This document shows, piece after piece, positions 59,729 through 64,000 of a stretch of DNA of 64,000 nt (its first letter is position 1; every line of letters starts with the position of its first letter). Source of the DNA: Hydrogenophaga sp. (lineage in GTDB: Bacteria > Pseudomonadota > Gammaproteobacteria > Burkholderiales > Burkholderiaceae_C); assembly GCF_019635465.1 (NCBI RefSeq), contig NZ_JAHBZK010000016.1:14500-78499 (forward strand), written 5' to 3'. Made by a program: the position numbers and the translations under genes. The notes below the pieces were generated by a model. It did not search any database, was not told the DNA's origin, and saw only the letters and a program-made list of their open reading frames with translations.

Positions 59729-62308
59729 TCATCGCGCGGATTCGCGCCGCGCCGTTTGGACAATGGCGGCGGCATCGACGCCGAAGAACTGGCGCAGCGC
59801 CGCACGTGTGTCGCTGCGACCGAAGCCGTCGGTGCCCAGCGTGCGGTAGCGCCGGTCGGCCGGCAACCAGGCGCGCAGGGCTTCGGGCACGGCGCGCACG
59901 TAGTCGCTGGCGGCCACGATCGGCCCTTGCGTGTCGGCCAGCAAGGCGTGCAGCCAGGGTTGGCGCGGGTCGGCCTCGGCCGCCTCGGCATCCCGCGCCA
60001 GCTCGCTCCAGCTGGTGATGCTGCAAACGTGCACGCGCATGCCTTCGCCGGCCAGTTGCTCCGCCGCTTGCAGCACCTCGGTGAGGATGGCGCCCGAGCC
60101 CATCAAGGTCACGGGCACCCCGTCGACCGGCCCGAACTGCGCCAGCCGGTAGCCGCCGCGCAGCACGCCGGCGTGCGCCTCGGGTGGCAGATCGGGTTGC
60201 GCGTACGACGCGTTCATCAGCGTCACGTAGTAGAAGACGTCGCGCTGCTCGATCAGCATCTCGCGCATGCCAGCGTCGACGATGACCGCCATCTCGCCAG
60301 CGAAGGCCGGGTCGTAGGCCTTGCAGTTGGGAATGGTGGCGGCCACCAGGTGGCTGCTGCCGTCCTGGTGCTGCAGGCCTTCGCCGCCGAGTGTGGTGCG
60401 TCCGGCCGTGGCGCCGAGCAGAAAGCCGCGCGCACGCTGGTCGGCCGCGGCCCAGATGGCGTCGCCCACGCGCTGGAAGCCGAACATCGAGTAGTAGATG
60501 TAGAACGGCAGCATGGCCAGCCCGTGCACGCTGTAGCTGGTGGCGGCCGCTGTCCAGCTGGCAATGGCGCCGGCCTCGCTGATGCCTTCTTCGAGGATCT
60601 GGCCGTCGAGCGCTTCGCGGTAGCTCAGCACCGAGCCAATGTCTTCGGGCGCATAGACCTGACCCACGCTGCTGTAGATGCCGACCTGCTTGAACAGGTT
60701 GGCCATGCCGAAGGTGCGCGCCTCGTCGGCCACGATGGGCACGATGCGCGGACCCAGCACCGGGTCCTTGAGCCATTGGCCCAGCAGGCGCACGAAGGCC
60801 ATGGTGGTGCTCATGGCCTTGCCGTCGGGCTGCAGCGCAAAGCCGGCGATGCGCGCGAGCTCGGGCACCGGTACCACCTCGCAGGCGGTCTCGCGCCGCG
60901 GCATGGCGCCGCCCAGCGCGGCACGCCGGTCGCGCAGGTAGCGCATGGCCGCACTGTCGTCGGCCGGTTTGTGGAACTGCAGTTGTGTGGCCTGCTCGTC
61001 GCTGAGTGGCAGCTGGAAGCGGTCGCGAAAGGCCAGCAGTTCGTCGGCGTCGAGCTTCTTCTGGCTGTGCGTGGTCATGCGGCCCTGGCCGGCCGAACCC
61101 ATGCCGTAGCCCTTCTTGGTGTGGGCCAGGATCACCGTGGGCTGACCACGGTGGCGCACGGCGGCGTGGTACGCGGCGTGGATCTTCACCAGGTCGTGGC
61201 CACCGCGCTTGAGGCGGTCGATCTGCTCGTCGGTGAGGCCCTCGACCAGCGCGCTCAGCGCCGGGTTCTGGCCGAAGAAGTTCTCGCGGTTGAAGCGCCC
61301 GTCCTTGGCGGCGAAGGTCTGCATCTGACCATCCACCGTGTCGCCCAGGGTCTGCGCCAGCGTGCCTGTGGCGTCGCGCGCAAACAGGCCGTCCCAGTCG
61401 CTGCCCCAGAGCAGCTTGACGACGTTCCAGCCGGCACCGGCAAACAGTCGCTCCAGCTCGTCGACGATGCGGCCGTTGCCGCGCACCGGACCGTCCAGAC
61501 GCTGCAGGTTGCAGTTGACCACCCAGACCAGGTTGTCCAGCCGCTCGCGCGCGGCCAGGGTGAGCGCACTCATGCTCTCGGGCTCGTCCATCTCGCCGTC
61601 GCCGAACACGCCCCAGACGGTGCGACCGTTGGTGTCGAGCAGGCCGCGGTGCGCGAGGTAGCGCATGAAGCGCGCGTGGTAGATCGAGCTGATGGGCCCG
61701 ATGCCCATGGAGCCGGTCGGGAACTGCCAGAAGTCCGGCATGAGCCAGGGGTGCGGGTAGCTGGACAGACCGCGAGCACCTTGAGCGGGTGCCACGATCT
61801 CCTGGCGGTAGTGGCGCAGGTCGGCCTCGCTGAGACGGCCCTCCAGAAAAGCCCGCGCGTACACCCCCGGCGCGCTGTGCGGCTGAAAGAACACGAGGTC
61901 GCCGCCGTCGCCCGCGCTGCGCGCGCGGAAGAAGTGGTTGAAGCCGACCTCGAACAGATCGGCCGCGCTGGCGTAGCTGGCGATGTGCCCACCCAGCTCA
62001 CCATAGGCCTGGTTCGCGCGAACCACCATGGCCAGCGCATTCCAGCGCATCAGCGAGGCCAGTTGCTCCTCGATGGCGAGGTCGCCCGGGAACGGCGGCT
62101 GCGCTTCGACCGCGATGGTGTTGACGTAGGGCGTGTTCAGCCCCGGTTGCCAGCCGACCCGCCGCTCGCGCGCCTGAGCCACCAGGCCGTCGAGCAACTG
62201 GCGTGCACGTGCGGGCCCGTGGGCCTGCAGCAGCGCATCAAACGCTTCGTGCCATTCGGCGGTCTCTTGCGGGTCGGGATCGGCGGGGGGAAGGTCGTTG
62301 GGCTGCAT
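59729..62308 (-). CDS. mdeB: Homodimeric 2-oxoacid dehydrogenase E1 (AceE/MdeB-like)
   Basis: GGHIASYASAA, LSSYPHP, GDGEMDEPES TPP motif, NCNLQRLDGPV, DEARTFGM, GEGLQHQD, LGTDGFGRSDTR; divergent Lrp regulator as in the mdeR/mdeB arrangement. Confidence 0.8.
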   Translation of the reverse strand: MQPNDLPPADPDPQETAEWHEAFDALLQAHGPARARQLLDGLVAQARERRVGWQPGLNTPYVNTIAVEAQPPFPGDLAIEEQLASLMRWNALAMVVRANQAYGELGGHIASYASAADLFEVGFNHFFRARSAGDGGDLVFFQPHSAPGVYARAFLEGRLSEADLRHYRQEIVAPAQGARGLSSYPHPWLMPDFWQFPTGSMGIGPISSIYHARFMRYLAHRGLLDTNGRTVWGVFGDGEMDEPESMSALTLAARERLDNLVWVVNCNLQRLDGPVRGNGRIVDELERLFAGAGWNVVKLLWGSDWDGLFARDATGTLAQTLGDTVDGQMQTFAAKDGRFNRENFFGQNPALSALVEGLTDEQIDRLKRGGHDLVKIHAAYHAAVRHRGQPTVILAHTKKGYGMGSAGQGRMTTHSQKKLDADELLAFRDRFQLPLSDEQATQLQFHKPADDSAAMRYLRDRRAALGGAMPRRETACEVVPVPELARIAGFALQPDGKAMSTTMAFVRLLGQWLKDPVLGPRIVPIVADEARTFGMANLFKQVGIYSSVGQVYAPEDIGSVLSYREALDGQILEEGISEAGAIASWTAAATSYSVHGLAMLPFYIYYSMFGFQRVGDAIWAAADQRARGFLLGATAGRTTLGGEGLQHQDGSSHLVAATIPNCKAYDPAFAGEMAVIVDAGMREMLIEQRDVFYYVTLMNASYAQPDLPPEAHAGVLRGGYRLAQFGPVDGVPVTLMGSGAILTEVLQAAEQLAGEGMRVHVCSITSWSELARDAEAAEADPRQPWLHALLADTQGPIVAASDYVRAVPEALRAWLPADRRYRTLGTDGFGRSDTRAALRQFFGVDAAAIVQTARRESAR

Positions 62309-62381
62309 GGCGGCACTCTAGCCACAGGCACGCGGCATTTGGTGCCGAAACGCTCACGAAGCCCCACAACGGCAGCAGATA

Positions 62382-62879
62382 ATGCCGCACATGAACGCAA
62401 TCACAGCAACTCACGCGCTGGATGCCATCGATCGGCGCATTCTGCAGGAGCTGCAGCAGGACGGCTCGCTGTCCAACGTGGCACTGGCCCAGCGCATCGG
62501 CCTGTCGCCCTCGCCTTGTCTGGCGCGCGTGAAAGCGCTGGAGCGCGCCGGCGTGATCCGCCAGTACGTGGCCCTGGCCGACGCGGCGCGCCTCGGGCTC
62601 GGCCTGAACGTGTTCATCAGCATCAGCCTGCGCACACAGAGCAAGGAGGCGCTGGCGCGCTTCGAGACGCGCATCCGCGACCTCGACGAGGTGATGGAGT
62701 GCTACCTGATGACCGGCGACGCCGACTACCTGCTGCGCGTCGTGGTGGCCGACATCGGCGCGCTCGAGCGTTTCATCCTCGAGCGGCTCTCCCCGATGGC
62801 CGAGGTCGAGAAGATCCGCTCCAGCCTGGCGCTCAAGCAGGTGCGCTACAAGACCGCCCTGCCCTTGCCCGGCGCTTGA
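62382..62879 (+). CDS. Lrp/AsnC family regulator (MdeR-like)
   Basis: LDAIDRRIL, GLSPSPCLARVKALE, ECYLMTGDADYLLRV. Confidence 0.93.
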   Translation: MPHMNAITATHALDAIDRRILQELQQDGSLSNVALAQRIGLSPSPCLARVKALERAGVIRQYVALADAARLGLGLNVFISISLRTQSKEALARFETRIRDLDEVMECYLMTGDADYLLRVVVADIGALERFILERLSPMAEVEKIRSSLALKQVRYKTALPLPGA

Positions 62880-62880
62880 T

Positions 62881-64000
62881 TCAGCCGCGCGCGAGCACCG
62901 GCGCCAGCACACGCCCGGTGTGGGTGCCGGCCTGCACCACCGCCTCGGGCGGGGCCGCGGCCACGATGCGGCCACCGCCCGCGCCGCCTTCGGGCCCCAG
63001 GTCGATGATCCAGTCGGCTTCGGCCATCACGTCCAGGTCGTGCTCGATCACCACCACGCTGTGGCCGCCATCGACCAGGCGGTGCAGCACGCGGATCAGC
63101 TTCTCCACATCGGCCATGTGCAGGCCCACCGTCGGCTCGTCGAGCACGTACAGCGTGTGCGGCGCCTTCTGCCCACGGCGCCCCACCTCGTCGCGCACCT
63201 TGCTCAGTTCGGTGACCAGCTTGATGCGCTGCGCCTCGCCGCCCGACAGCGTGGGCGAGGGCTGGCCCAGCGTGAGGTAGCCCAGGCCCACGTCCTTGAG
63301 CAGTTGCAGTGGGTGGCTGATGGCGGGCATCGACGCGAAGAATTCCACCGCCTCGTCGACCTCCATCTGCAACACGTCGCCGATGCTCTTGCCCTTCCAG
63401 GTGACGGCCAGGGTCTCGGGGTTGAAGCGCGCGCCGTGGCAGGTTTCGCAGGGCACCTTCACATCGGGCAGGAAGCTCATCTCGATGGTGCGCATGCCCT
63501 GGCCTTCGCACGTCGGGCAACGGCCCTCGCCGGTGTTGAAGCTGAAGCGCCCTGGCGCATAGCCGCGCGCCTTGGCCTCCAGCGTGTCGGCGAACAGCTT
63601 GCGCACCGTGTCCCAGAAGCCGATGTAGGTGGCGGGGCAGGAGCGCGGCGTCTTGCCGATCGGCGTCTGGTCGACCTCGAGCACGCGGTCCACCGGTTCG
63701 CTGCCCAGCAGTTTGTCGCAGCCGCTCCAGGCCGGGCGATCGCCCTTGTCCCAGGCTTTCTTGCCGGCGGCGGTGCTGCGCATCTGCACGGCCGCCGCCA
63801 CGTTGGTGAGCAGCACGTCGCGCGCCAGCGTGCTCTTGCCCGAGCCGCTGACGCCGGTGACCACCACCAGCCGCTTGAGCGGCACACGCGCGTCGAGTTG
63901 CTGCAGGTTGTGCAGGGTGGCACCACGCAGCTCCAGCGCCTCGTCGGTGATCTTGACCGCACGCCGCCCCTGCAGCGGGTGCTTCATGGCGTGCAGCAGG
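62881..64000 (-). CDS. uvrA: Excinuclease ABC subunit UvrA, C-terminal part (truncated by window edge)
   Basis: [30 protein letters not shown]...CETC zinc finger, [20 protein letters not shown]. Confidence 0.92.
   Translation of the reverse strand, partial: LLHAMKHPLQGRRAVKITDEALELRGATLHNLQQLDARVPLKRLVVVTGVSGSGKSTLARDVLLTNVAAAVQMRSTAAGKKAWDKGDRPAWSGCDKLLGSEPVDRVLEVDQTPIGKTPRSCPATYIGFWDTVRKLFADTLEAKARGYAPGRFSFNTGEGRCPTCEGQGMRTIEMSFLPDVKVPCETCHGARFNPETLAVTWKGKSIGDVLQMEVDEAVEFFASMPAISHPLQLLKDVGLGYLTLGQPSPTLSGGEAQRIKLVTELSKVRDEVGRRGQKAPHTLYVLDEPTVGLHMADVEKLIRVLHRLVDGGHSVVVIEHDLDVMAEADWIIDLGPEGGAGGGRIVAAAPPEAVVQAGTHTGRVLAPVLARG

Noticed and set aside
59756-63280. 1174-aa plus-strand ORF
   Set aside because: Antisense shadow of mdeB and uvrA and out of frame over the Lrp gene; no motifs; typical of high-GC codon bias.

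Overview
High-GC betaproteobacterial chromosome segment. Gene content and order point to Comamonadaceae, possibly Hydrogenophaga-like (inference). Most of it is core genome: cca, otsB-GH15-otsA-mscS, glk, trxC, folB, ttcA, ruvAB, phoH-ybeY, dtd, tyrS, erpA, rplM-rpsI, rlmJ, paaABCDE, rlpA, metF, ahcY with an SAH riboswitch, an mdeB-like E1 with an Lrp regulator, and partial uvrA. Three accessory-looking modules stand out. (1) An orphan ~590-aa protein (9050-10822) and a CesT-like type III chaperone gene (11446-11907) flank trxC. Both have the same upstream motif GGAACC-N17-ACCCA, and the first copy is an exact hrp box (GGAACC-N15-CCACNNA). This suggests a hidden ECF-sigma-controlled T3SS effector/chaperone pair. 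(2) A lower-GC island after paaE holds LysR, an azoreductase, a P-loop kinase/ATPase and an AvrD-family gene, a candidate small-molecule biosynthesis module. (3) A LysR/arylsulfotransferase/ABC/TauD sulfur-scavenging cluster plus an ATPase-wHTH gene with its own palindromic operator lies between folB and ttcA. No rRNA, tRNA, CRISPR array, transposase or integrase was seen. All protein assignments come from motif recognition by eye; no database searches were run.
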